Below, in pieces: positions 51,220 to 64,000 of a DNA stretch of 64,000 nt. Position 1 is the stretch's first letter, and the number at the start of each line of letters is the position of its first letter. The stretch comes from Malacoraja senta (taxonomy: Eukaryota): contig CM075991.1 of NCBI GenBank assembly GCA_038087875.1, positions 186,001 to 250,000 on the forward strand. The letters are read 5' to 3'. The notes under the pieces are model-generated. The model worked only from the letters and a program-made list of their open reading frames with translations, made no database searches and was not told where the DNA came from. Position numbers and translations under genes: made by a program.

Positions 51220-52182
51220 ATGGGCGGCCAGGAGATGTGCCAATACTGTGAGATGTGGGAATTTGTCGACACCATTGATGTAGATGGTGTGGATGATCCC
51301 TACAGCTGCAGTAAGTGTTTGAGGCTAGCGGAACTCGAGCTCCGCATTGAGGAGCTGGAGATCCAACTTCATACGCTGCGGTACATCAGGGAGGGGGAGT
51401 ATTACCTGGATGTTTTGTGCCAGGGGATGGTCACACCGACCAGTTTAACTAATTCAGTAGTGAGTGAGCAAGGAAAGGAAGGTGTGGCCATAAGCGAGGC
51501 AGGTAGGGGGAACCAGGAGGAGATGCGGCAGGAGCCACAGCCCTTGTTCCTGACGAGCATGACCGAGGCTCTTACTCAATGTGAGGACGGGATCAGGGGC
51601 TGTGGGAGGGATGAGCAACCTGGCTGCAGCACCGTGGATCAGGGGGACATTCAAGTGGGGGGAGTTAGAAGAAATGCCGTTGTGATAGGGGATAGTATTA
51701 TTCGGGGGGTAGATAAGGTTCTCTGCGGCCAGCAGAACATGTCCCGAAGGCTGTGTTGCCTACCCGGTGCAAGGGTTAAGGATATCTCTGCGATGCTGGA
51801 GAGAAATTTGCAGAGGGAAGGGGAGGATCCAGTGGTCGTGGTCCATGTGGGGACCAATGACATAGGAAGGACGAGGAAGGAGGATCTGCTGAAGGAGTTT
51901 GAGCAGTTAGGGAATAAATTAAAAAGCAGAACCTCGAGGGTACTGATCTCCGGATTGCTACCTGAGCCACGGGCCAAATCGGCGAGAGTACGTAAAATTA
52001 AAAAGCTGAATGCGTGGCTCAAAGACTGGTGTGGGAAAAATGGGTTTGGTTTCTTGGGCCACTGGCACCAGTACTGGGACAGGGGGGATCTGTTCTGTAA
52101 GGACGGACTTCACCTGAACGGTGCTGGGACTGGGGTCCTGGCAAATCATATAACTAGGGCAGTAGAGAGGTCTTTAAACTAA
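51220..52182 (+). CDS. CR1 ORF1p, intact (Cys motifs, coiled coil, SGNH esterase)
   Basis: 320 aa with CQYC...CSKC, VIGDSII, CLPGARV, VHVGTND and DGLHL. Confidence 0.9.
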   Translation: MGGQEMCQYCEMWEFVDTIDVDGVDDPYSCSKCLRLAELELRIEELEIQLHTLRYIREGEYYLDVLCQGMVTPTSLTNSVVSEQGKEGVAISEAGRGNQEEMRQEPQPLFLTSMTEALTQCEDGIRGCGRDEQPGCSTVDQGDIQVGGVRRNAVVIGDSIIRGVDKVLCGQQNMSRRLCCLPGARVKDISAMLERNLQREGEDPVVVVHVGTNDIGRTRKEDLLKEFEQLGNKLKSRTSRVLISGLLPEPRAKSARVRKIKKLNAWLKDWCGKNGFGFLGHWHQYWDRGDLFCKDGLHLNGAGTGVLANHITRAVERSLN

Positions 52183-52205
52183 GTAGCGGGGGGGAGATAT
52201 CAAGG

Positions 52206-55165
52206 GTGGTAATAACGGCAGGGGTAGAGGAAATAGAGCAGGGTATCAGTGGGGAAACGGAAAATCAAAATGTGACAGGAGGATCCAGAATGTGTGAAGA
52301 TAAAGCTCTAGATGTAAAAGAGGCAAAAACAGAAAGGAAGGGTAGTAAAAATCATCTGAAAGTGCTGTATCTAAATGCACGGAGTATTCGAAATAAGATA
52401 AATGAATTAACGGTGCAATTAAGTATATATAGTTATGATATCGTGGCCATTACGGAGACATGGCTGCAAGGGGATCAGGACTGGGAGTTAAATATAGAGG
52501 GGTACTCGACAATTAGAAAAGATAGACAGGAAAGAAAGGGAGGAGGGGTGGCCCTTTTAATAAGGGAGGGAATAACGGCAATAGAGAGGAAGGATATTGC
52601 GTTGAAGGATCAGGATAGTGAAACAGCTTGGGTACAGATAGAGAATAACAAGGGGAAAAAAACACTAGTGGGTGTAATTTATAGACCTCCAAATAGCTGT
52701 GACGCTGTTAGTCAGAACATAAATCTGCAAATAGTTGACGCATGTAAAAAGGGAACTGCTGTAATCATGGGGGACTTCAATTTTCATATTAATTGGGCAA
52801 ACCAAACTGGGCAGGGTAGACTAGAGGAAGAGTTTATAGAATGTATTAGAGACGGGTTCCTAGAACAGTATGTCACAGAACAGACAAGGGGGGAGGCAAT
52901 CTTGGATCTGGTCCTGTGTAATGAAGCAGGATTAATTAAAAATGTCATAGTTAGGGACTCGTTGGGAACAAGTGACCACAATATGGTCGAATTCCATATT
53001 CAAATAGAAGGGGAGCAGGTTGAAACTCAGGCTATGGTACTTAGTCTAAATAAGGGGGATTATGAAGGTATGAGGACTGAGCTGATCAAAGTTGACTGGG
53101 ATAGCAGACTCAAGAATAAGACGGTACATGAGCAGTGGTGTACGTTTAAGGATCTACTGTATAACCTTCAAGAAAAATTTATTCCTATGAAGAAAAAAAG
53201 GGGTAAGGGTAAGAACAGTCAGCCATGGCTTAGTAAAACTATAAAGGATAGTATTCGGCTGAAGGCAAGGGCATATAAGGTAGCCAGAGATAGTGGGAGG
53301 GTAGAGGATTGGGAAGCATTTAAAGGTCAGCAAAAAATAACTAAGAGATTAATTAAGACGGGGAAAATAGACTATGAAAGGAATTTAGCGAACAACATAA
53401 AAACTAATAGTAAGAGTTTTTATAGCTATATAAAAAGAAAAAGGGTGGCTAAGGTGAACGTTGGTCCATTGGAGGGTGAGACTGGAGAGTTGTTGGTGGA
53501 GAACATGGAAATGGCAAAGGCATTAAACGAGTATTTTGTATCAGTCTTCACCATAGAAGACACAAAAAATATTCCAACGCTGGATAAACAGGGGGCGGTA
53601 GGAATGGAAGAGCTAAATAATATTAAGATCACCAAGGAGGTGGTATTAGGGAAATTAATGAGACTAAAGGAGGATAAATCCCCTGGGCCTGATGGATTAC
53701 ATCCAAGGGTCTTGAGGGAGATAGCGGTGGGGATTGTGGATGCATTGGTGATAATTTTCCAAAACTCCCTGGAGGCAGGAACGGTCCCAGTGGATTGGAA
53801 AATGGCCAATGTAACACCTATATTTAAAAAAGGAAGTAAACAGAAGGCGGGTAACTATAGACCGGTTAGTCTAACATCGGTGGGGGGAAAATGTTAGAGA
53901 CAATTATTAAAGAAACACTAACGGGGCACTTGGATGGACATGACTTCATCGGACAGAACCAGCATGGTTTTGTGAAGGGGAAGTCCTGTTTAACGAATCT
54001 GCTCGAATTCTTTGAGGAAGTAACAACCCGGGTGGATAAAGGGGAACCGGTGGATGTGGTATACTTGGACTTCCAAAAGGCTTTTGACAAGGTGCCACAT
54101 AAGAGACTATTGCTAAAAATAAAAAAATATGGGATTGGGGGTAATATATTAGCATGGGTAGAGGATTGGCTAACAAATAGGAAGCAGAGAGTGGGGATAA
54201 ATGGTTCATATTCGGGATGGCAACCGGTAACTAGCGGGGTTCCGCAAGGGTCGGTGCTGGGACCCCAGTTGTTTACAATTTATATAAATGATTTGGAGGA
54301 GGGAACCAAGTGTAATATATCAAAATTTGCGGACGATACAAAAATGGGAAGAAAAGTAGGGGATGAGGAGGATAGGAAGAGTCTGCAAAAGGATATAGAT
54401 AAGCTAGGTGAGTGGGCAACAACTTGGCAGATGAAATTTAATACTAATAAATGTGAAGTCATTCACTTTGGGGAAAAAAATGATAGGGCAAGTTATTTTC
54501 TAAATGAGGAGGAGCTGCGTTGTAATGCAACGCAAAGGGATCTAGGGGTAGTAGTACATGAATCACTAAAAGTTAGTATGCAGGTACAGCAAGCTATCAG
54601 GAAGGCCAATGGAGTTTTGGCCTTTATTGCTAGGGGGATTGAGTATAAAAACACGGAGGTCTTGCTGCAGCTGTACACAGTATTAGTGAGACCACATTTG
54701 GAATACTGTGTACAGTTCTGGGGTCCATACTTAAGAAAGGATGTACTGGCCCTGGAGGCAGTGCAGCGAAGGTTTACAAGATTAATTCCTGCAATGAGGG
54801 GATTGACATATGAGGAAAGGTTAAGTAGGCTGGAACTCTACTCTTTGGAGTTTAGAAGAATGAGAGGCGATCTCATTGAAACATATAAGATCGTGAGGGG
54901 CCTTGATCGGGTGGATGCACCGAGGATGTTCCCAATGATCGGGGAAACTAGAACTAGGGGACATAGTTGCAGAATAAGGGGGGGCTCTTTTAAAACTGAG
55001 ATGAGGAAGAACTTCTTCACCCAGAGGGTGGTTAATTTATGGAATTCACTGCCCCAGGGAGCAGTGGAAGCAGAAACATTAAATATATTTAAGTCTAAAA
55101 TAGATGGTTTTTTAGCTGCCAAGGGGATAAGGGGCTACGGGGAGAGGGCAGGGATATGGACCTAG
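52206..55165 (+). pseudogene. CR1 ORF2 APE-RT with a single -1 frameshift near 53885
   Basis: 563-aa and 424-aa ORFs. GGTGGGGGGAAAATG here versus GGTGGTGGGTAAAATG in the sister copy near 13535. Confidence 0.93.
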
Positions 55166-55504
55166 GTAGGGTTAGTATAGTAAGACCTGAGTGATCTCCT
55201 GGACAAGTGTCGATCGCCTGGATTGGGGTCGGAGAGGAATTTCCCGGATTTTTTTCCCGAATTGGACCTGGGTTTTTATCCGTTTTTTTGCCTCCCCCAG
55301 GAGATCACGCGGTTCTTGGGGTGGAGAGGGGTGATAGCGGTATAAAGGGGAGGGTAGCGTCTTGTGTTCTGTGTCTTGTGTCTACTGTTTGTGGGTAGGG
55401 GTGTCTGTTTGGTGTTCAGCCATGAGCGAATGGCGGTGCGGGCTCGATGGACCTGGTGGTCTACTCTCGCACCTACTTTCTATGTTTCTATGTTTCTCAT
55501 ACAC

Positions 55505-55628
55505 ACATAGATACATAGATACATAGAAATGGATGATCAGCCATGATCATATTGAATGGCGGTGCAGGCTCGAAGGGCCGAATGGCCTACTCCTGCACCT
55601 ACTTTCTATGTATCTATGTATCTATGTA
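55505..55628 (+). mobile_element. Minimal CR1 3' stub flanked by inverted copies of its tail
   Basis: 55505-55529 is the exact reverse complement of 55603-55627. Confidence 0.85.
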
Positions 55629-57762
<2,134 letters not shown>

Positions 57763-57769
57763 ATCCGGG

Positions 57770-58198
57770 ACATACGACAGTGAAACTCTCGATTCTACTC
57801 ACGTCCGACTTTTGAACTCAGGTCCGATTTCTGGACTGAGCGCGACTTCCGGAATGAACGCGACTTCCGGAATGAGCGCGACCTCTGGACTGAGCGCGAC
57901 TTCCGGACTCACACACACACACACCCTCCGGGGTTGTATTCTCCTCGCCCCCAGAAAGGGCATTACCATCATGGTGAGATAGGCGATAAGACCAATCTGG
58001 TGTTCCCTCAATTTTTAAACCTACATTAATTTTCTATTATTTCACCGACCGGAATAAAACTTGGTGCGCTTGGAGCAGAGGAGAACGGTTAGTAACATGG
58101 CGAAAAGAATCATAGCGATGTAGGGTACCGTTTTTGCGCAAGTTTAATTACAACACAGACCGGATGTCTCAAGATGAGAGTTTTAGTGATAGTATAGA
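57770..58198 (-). mobile_element. Helitron 5' fragment (minus strand) with an 18-bp tandem repeat
   Basis: A|TCTATACTATCACTAAAACTCTC terminus, homologous to 6920-7190. GCGCGACTTCCGGACTGA-like units at 57830-57910. Confidence 0.75.
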
Positions 58199-58402
58199 TT
58201 TCAAAACATTAACAGCTTTTCAATGGGAGACTCTTGCAGCACTTTCCATTGATGATGTCACAGTGTCGTCTCACAGACGTCCAATCACAATGGATCTCAT
58301 TTACATATGACATCACAATGGGAGAGGGGTGGGAGATTGCAACCTTCACGTGTTTCCACGAATGCAAACAACCTGACGTGCACAATCAAATAAGATCAAA
58401 TA

Positions 58403-58954
58403 TGTGAGAAAAGAGTTAACAGACATGGTTGATTTAGACTAGGGATAGAAAAATGGCTTGGGGTGTCAGCAGAAGCCAGACTGCTGGTAGAATAGAAAAT
58501 AACGATATATAGAACAGAGAGAAATTCTAGATAAAAAGTAGCAAATTCAGCAGATTTGAAAAGTAAGTAAAAGGGAGAAAGTACATAAGGTCAAACATAT
58601 CTGCGCATGCCTAATGAACTTATATGAATATGTACACACACCCACTATGACAAGATGTCTCATTTAAATGTACATGCGATGTATGATCTGGGAGGTACCC
58701 TGGGTGTTGCGTGGCGTTACGGGGCGTTACGGTTAGATTGTGCACCTCAGTGCTCTGATTGGAAGGAGCCTGAAGGGGAGGAATTAAAGGTGTAAACTAT
58801 TGTAAAATGGTGTGAATAAAAGAGGGTGACTTTCCTGGTCTCGGTGTGTCTCAACAGGGGAGGCACCCGACTCTGCAGACCTGCTAATAAATAAACTTGT
58901 TTCTCTAAATTCTCTAGTATCGTGATTGTGTCAAACAGTTTTTTGCACCTCACA
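58403..58954 (+). repeat. 5' LTR (552 bp)
   Basis: TGTGAG...CTCACA termini. AATAAA motifs near 58817 and 58887. Confidence 0.97.
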
Positions 58955-58957
58955 GAA

Positions 58958-58975
58958 GGGGGCTCGTCTCGGGAT
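58958..58975 (+). promoter_or_regulatory. Degenerate tRNA-Pro primer binding site
   Basis: GGGGGCTCGTCTCGGGAT versus canonical TGGGGGCTCGTCCGGGAT, 3 nt after the LTR. Confidence 0.85.
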
Positions 58976-59306
58976 TGCCACTCCGGCCAGCTGGCGACGG
59001 TATATGGGAGAAGGGACGGTGTACCCCGCTGATTTAGCGGCCCCTAGACCCCTTGCTTGCCGTCAGCGGTTTGGGCGAGTGATATCCAAGACCAGAGATT
59101 AGAGAAACAAGTGGGAGTAGTTGGAAATCGCGAGGAGACAAATCGAGCAATTCTTGTGCACAGGATCCGGGTAAGGAAATGACTATTAAGTATTTCTCGG
59201 GCGATTGGGATAAGACCTTGTGGATACCGCCCTGAAGAATTCAGGGGTCTGTACGGGCAAGGCAGGAAAATAGATCGAGGGGAAATTCCGATCGAATGCT
59301 TGGGCA

Positions 59307-59450
59307 ATGGAAATGGAAAGCCCAAAAGGGAGGGGAAGGGCGTTAAGCCCGACCCTCCGCATTCTGCCTGATAGTCCGTTGGGGCGAATGCTGAGCCTCT
59401 GGGGGCAGAGAAATACCCAGGGAATTGGAGAAGACAAAAATGATTTGATT
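59307..59450 (+). pseudogene. gag: Gag matrix N-terminal remnant
   Basis: Translates to ...ILPDSPLGRMLSLWG, a class I ERV matrix-type motif. Confidence 0.7.
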
Positions 59451-60139
59451 CTGTTATTTTGAGTTTTAATATGTAAAAGATGTTGCATTTATTTGAAGTA
59501 AGAATGGAACGAATGTGATTTGTGTGTAAAAACCGGTTTGGAATGAAAGAGGAAGTTTATATATGTGATAATTATTTTGTTTAGTGTATTTGTAGACCAC
59601 ATTGTAAGAGTAAGTAAGTTTTATTAGAATCAAAAATGTTCACTGTAGGTAGGTGTATGTTCCTTTAAATAAATTAGGTCATGGTGAAAGGCGACGGACA
59701 GCTGTAAGATAACGATTAATTGTTTGTATCCTCGTAACCTAGAAGGGATGTTCTTTTAGATTTCTAGTCAGTAAAGATAATTTGGAAAATTGTTACTAGT
59801 GCTAGGAATTAGACATTTAAAATAGTAGTGAATATGGATTGAAATAATTGGAAATAAGTTAATTGGTAAACATTCAAGTTTAGAAAGAAAGGAGAGAGAG
59901 GCAGTTAGAAGATAACAGAAGTAGAAAAACGACAGGCGTGAAAGTAATAAAGCAGGAGGAGTCAGTGGAAGATTTAAAAAAGAAAGGTGAATGAATTTGC
60001 AAGAAGGCTAGAATATTTGAGAAGCAAGAAATTGAATTTAGAATAAGAAAGAAGGCATACCAGAAAGGATTAAAGTTGGAAGCATTGGGATAAAGAGATG
60101 AGACAGCTTTAAAGAGAAAAGAGAAGGACAGACACGGAT

Positions 60140-60720
60140 TATCCCTTGGGGCACCCATAAACTGAAAGGGCTAAAAAAAATACCTCACCCTATATCCCTG
60201 ATGGGGGAGGAAATGGATTAGGGCTTTGGAGGAGGAGAACGTGGGACGATTATTGATCATGGAAGATTTGAAGGCTCTGTTGGTAAAAGTGATAGGAACC
60301 ACTAAAGTGACAGAACTACTGAAGATGGATGGTATAAACTGATGTGAACAATGTAACAAGCAATGGCATACTGTTTGACACAGTCAGGCAGAGGGTATGG
60401 CAGGCCCTCAGACAATGTAATCCAGCAGCCTATCTGGAAAACCAGCTGAAAAGGTGGAGAGTTGATTGATGAACATTATATTATGAACAGGCAGATGGTA
60501 TGGCAGGCCCTCAGACAATGTAATCCAGCAGCCTATCTGGAAAACCAGCTGAAAAGGTGGAGAGTTGATTGATGAACATTATATTATGAACTACTGTGGT
60601 GGATGTCATTCTTCTTAAAGTCAAGCAGATTCAGTAAACAGTTGGTCTCTGCAGTCGAGAAATATCGCAAAGATAGGAAAAAGACTTGCAAACCAGCAGG
60701 AGGAGCTGTTGTCAATAAAC
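60140..60720 (+). pseudogene. gag: Second Gag-like remnant
   Basis: KWIRALEEENVGRLLIMEDLKALLVKVIG resembles fish ERV Gag (from recall). Heavily frameshifted. Confidence 0.5.
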
Positions 60721-61039
60721 AATGGACCTAAGTGAGTCCTATGATGGAACCAAGCAGGGCCAGAGAATTACATGCCAATAATGAATGTCTTTGGGGAACG
60801 TTTCCTCAAAAAGTCCTATCAGGAGTGAAATTAATCTGGATATAAGCCCTAACAGGACTGGGGTCCCCAACAGAGAAAAAGATTTAAAGGAGGATATGTT
60901 GGTATTGTTCCATAAGTGACAAGCGATGTAAGAGAGAGAGATAGAAAAAAAAAACAATAATACTTCAGAATGTAGGACAGAGGATGATAACCTTGGGAAA
61001 AGACAGGATATAGTTCAGACTAGATTAGGTATAAGCCCT

Positions 61040-61575
61040 GTAGTGTCGTTTATGATGAATAAGGTAATTAAGAGGTTTGGTAGACCTACAGAAATCAGCT
61101 TTGACAAAGGATTGTTTTCATTTAGGGAATAGCCAAGTTGGTGATAGAGACCCTTAGAGTAAAATACACATTTGGGTATGTAACACCTGCAGTCACAGGC
61201 ATGGTGGAAAGAATAAATGGAACATTGAAGGTTAATATAAATAAGATTTGTTTAATTACAAAGTTGAATTGGATCGATGCCCTGCCATTGGCACTGAAGA
61301 GATGTTGCATGCAAACTAACCGAGCAGGTGGCACAATGGAGAGGTCCCTACAAGAGACCGAGTTTGGAACAGTTAAAGATAGAATTTAAAAAGTATATGA
61401 AACAGTTAATTATGATATACAAGTCTATTGATGAACAGGAAAAGTAAAAGCTGTTGGAGGTGGACCAGGAGCAAGGACCCTTTAAACCTGAAGACAAGGT
61501 GTATGTATGAGTTTTCTAAACTACCGACCGATGTTCAGGTAGAAGGTTGATATACCTGGTACCATTTCAATAATG
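61040..61575 (+). pseudogene. pol: Integrase core/C-terminal remnant 1
   Basis: GMVERINGTLK...KIC..TKLNWIDALPLAL, containing the catalytic E region. Confidence 0.85.
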
Positions 61576-61674
61576 ACATGAGGGCTGTCCCGCAGGTACG
61601 AATAGATAATAGCCCTGAGGTAAGTGAACAGGAGGACAAAGATGTGAGAAAAGAGTAGAGTTTTAACAAGAACG

Positions 61675-62634
61675 TTGTTTGACATCAGTGGTGGGCAAAA
61701 TAATGGAAAGGATACTTAAGACAATATATAAGAATTTGGATAAATAGGGTAGGATTAGGAAGAATTAGCATGGATTTGTGATTGTGATGTTTGACTAATC
61801 TTGAATTTTTTGAAAAGGTTATTAGGGAAATTGATGAGGGTAAAGTGGTGGATGTTGTCTAGATGAACTTCAGTAAGGCCTTTGACAAGGTTCAATAAGG
61901 AAATAAGGTTGGTTAAGAAGGGTTAGTAAGGAATAGCAAGATGGATTAAAAAGTGGCTGTATGGGAGATGTCAGAGAGCAATGGTGGGTGGATGTTTGTC
62001 AGGTTGGAGGTCAGTGACTAGAGGGGTACCTCGGGGATGTGTGTTGGGTCCACTGTTGTTTGTCATGTGAATCAATAATCTGGATGTTGGTGTGGTAAAA
62101 TAGATTAATAAGTATGTAGATGGTACTAAGATAGGTGGTGTTGTGAATAATGAAGTAGATTTTAAAAGTGTACAGAGAGATTTAGATCATTTGGAAGAGT
62201 GGGTTGAAACATGACAGATGGGTTTAATGTTGATAAGTGTGAGATGATACATCTTAGCAAGACAAATCAAAATTGAACGTACATGGTAAATGATTGTGAA
62301 TTGAGGAATGAAGTTGAACAGGCGGATCTAGGAATAACTGTGCATAGTTCCCTGAAGGTGGAATCTCATGAAGATAGGGTGGTAAAGAAAGATTTTGGTG
62401 TGTTGGCCTTTATAAATCAGAGCATTGTGTATAGAAGTTGGATTGTAATGTTAAATTGTACAAGGTATTGGTGAGGTCAATTGTGGAGTATGGTGTATAA
62501 TTTTGGTAGGCATAATTATAGGAAAAAGGTCAACAAAATAGAGAGAGTACAGAGGAGATCAATTAGAATGTTGACTGGGTTTCAGCAACTAAGACACAGA
62601 GAAAGGTTGAACAAGTTAAGTCTTTATTATTTAG
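61675..62634 (+). mobile_element. Highly mutated CR1-A RT segment inside the ERV
   Basis: Colinear with 47145-48125, with many substitutions and stops. No CR1 tail and no TSD. Confidence 0.9.
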
Positions 62635-63026
62635 GAAAGATAGAAGGAGTCCCAACAATGCAAGGGAACGATGTGTTCCTGAGGAACTATTTACTGGCAG
62701 TGTCCCAATCTCTTGCAGAACTAAAAATTAAAGGATTGCTGGCCCAGAGCCCGCCACTGGACTTTCAGATTCACTCAGTCAAGGCTGGAGGCTGGGTATT
62801 AATAAAAACATGGAAAGAAGAAAAGCTGCAACCTAAGTGGACTGGACCCTACCTGGTGTTACTGACCACGGAAACAGCAGTGCGGACAAAAGAAAAAGGG
62901 TGGACACACGCAAGTCGAGTTAAGGGTCCTGTGGAGGCCCCACCAGACAATATCAGCCCGTGGACTGTGCGCAAAGGAGAGGAAACATTGACTTTAATAT
63001 TTACCAAGAACCCGCGGGAAAAATGA
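62635..63026 (+). pseudogene. pol: Integrase C-terminal (GPY/F) remnant 2, open frame
   Basis: WVLIKTWKEEKLQPKWTGPYLVLLTTETAVRTKEKGWTHASRVK. Confidence 0.9.
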
Positions 63027-63256
63027 AGATTTTGTGTTGGTGGGTCGTGTGTTGGGTGGTTACCCAACTCGTGAGTAATATAACATGCATAAAAATCACA
63101 ATACCACAGAATAGAAGGTCCACCACCATCCCATTTGATGTATGTAAAGGAAAATGGTGGTGCAGCTATAGAATGTATGTATGCACCCATCCCTGTAAAG
63201 ATTGGCACGCAGTGTATACTTCATCAAAATATGGGTGGCATCGAACCACCTTATAG
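63023..63256 (+). pseudogene. env: Truncated envelope N-terminus (signal peptide and start of SU)
   Basis: The ATG overlaps the pol stop (ATGA). Hydrophobic leader MKILCWWVVCWVV, then FDVC...YVC...C..W..V. Stops after 77 aa. Confidence 0.7.
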
Positions 63257-63356
63257 GTGGAAAGTATATCAAACCCCGAATGAGGGATAGGGAGGCGAAG
63301 AATCTGCTGCTAGAACTAGAAAAGGAGGATATAGTATAAATCAAAGGATGCGTAGC

Positions 63357-63375
63357 AAAAAAGAAAAGGATGGAT
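63357..63375 (+). promoter_or_regulatory. Polypurine tract
   Basis: AAAAAAGAAAAGGATGGAT immediately before the 3' LTR. Confidence 0.8.
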
Positions 63376-63925
63376 TGTGAGAAAAGAGTTAACAGACATG
63401 GTTGATTTAGACTAGGGATAGAAAATGGCTTGGGGTGTCAGCAGAAGCCAGACTGCTGGTAGAATAGAAAATAACGATATATAGAACAGAGAGACATTCT
63501 AGATAAAAAGTAGCAAATTCAGCAGAAGATTTGAAAAGTAAGTAAAAGGGAGAAAGTACATAAGGTCAAACATATCTGCGCATGCCTAATGAACTTACAT
63601 GAATATGTACACACACCCACTATGAGAAGATGTCTCATTTAAATGCACATGCGATGTATGATCTGGGAGGTACCCTGGGTGTTGCGGGGCGTTACGGGGC
63701 GTTCCGGTTAGATTGTGCACCTCAGTGCTCTGATTGGAAGGAGCCCGAAGGGGAGGAATTAAAGGTGTAAACCATTGTAAAATGGTGTGAATAAAAGAGG
63801 GTGACTTTCCTGGTCTCGGTGTGTCTCAACAGGGGAGGCACCTGACTGCAGACTCTAATAAATAAACTTGTTTCTCTAAATTCTCTAGTATCGTGATTGT
63901 GTCAAACAGTTTTTTGCACCTCACA
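63376..63925 (+). repeat. 3' LTR (550 bp)
   Basis: Matches the 5' LTR with about 9 substitutions and 4 small indels (counted by eye). Confidence 0.97.
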
Positions 63926-64000
63926 AAATAGAACAAGTTATCCTCCCCCCCCTCTCTACCCCCTCCCTATCTATCTCCCTCCCTCTCTACTCCTTCCCTA

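Larger units (their letters stand above)
50811..55496 (+). mobile_element. Full-length CR1 family C, nearly intact
   Basis: GC-rich 5' UTR, intact ORF1, ORF2 with one frameshift, structured 3' UTR and TTCTATGT tail. Confidence 0.96.
58403..63925 (+). mobile_element. Class I endogenous retrovirus, complete ends, non-autonomous and chimeric
   Basis: Paired LTRs, 5-bp TSD AAATA (58398-58402 and 63926-63930), PBS, PPT, and gag/IN/env remnants. No retroviral RT or protease seen. Confidence 0.95.

Noticed and set aside
62481..63026. 181-aa ORF as a functional CR1-integrase fusion protein
   Set aside because: Non-ATG start in a decayed CR1 frame that happens to join the IN tail; lacks the catalytic cores of both.

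Overview
This is a repeat-saturated eukaryotic window with no intact host gene. The HE1-type V-SINEs, CR1 families and GPR139-like receptor remnant point to a cartilaginous fish, probably a skate or ray (inference). It contains more than a dozen CR1 LINE copies or fragments from at least three families (called A, B and C here), including a near-intact full-length copy at 50.8-55.5 kb. Also present are a full-length decayed L1 interrupted by a 1-kb TIR DNA transposon, an L2 fragment, an RTE-derived element, SINEs, and the 3' half of a GPCR pseudogene. Two structures stand out. (1) A ~17-kb array of non-autonomous Helitrons (11.8-28.7 kb) whose CTAG|TATAC junctions and leading (TCTA)14 tract suggest repeated insertion of Helitrons into their own 5' ends. 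(2) A complete, young-LTR, non-autonomous chimeric ERV (58.4-63.9 kb) built from two retroviral lineages plus a captured CR1 RT segment that has selectively lost cytosines. All family calls come from motif recognition by eye; no database search was run. Boundaries lacking TSDs or termini are approximate.
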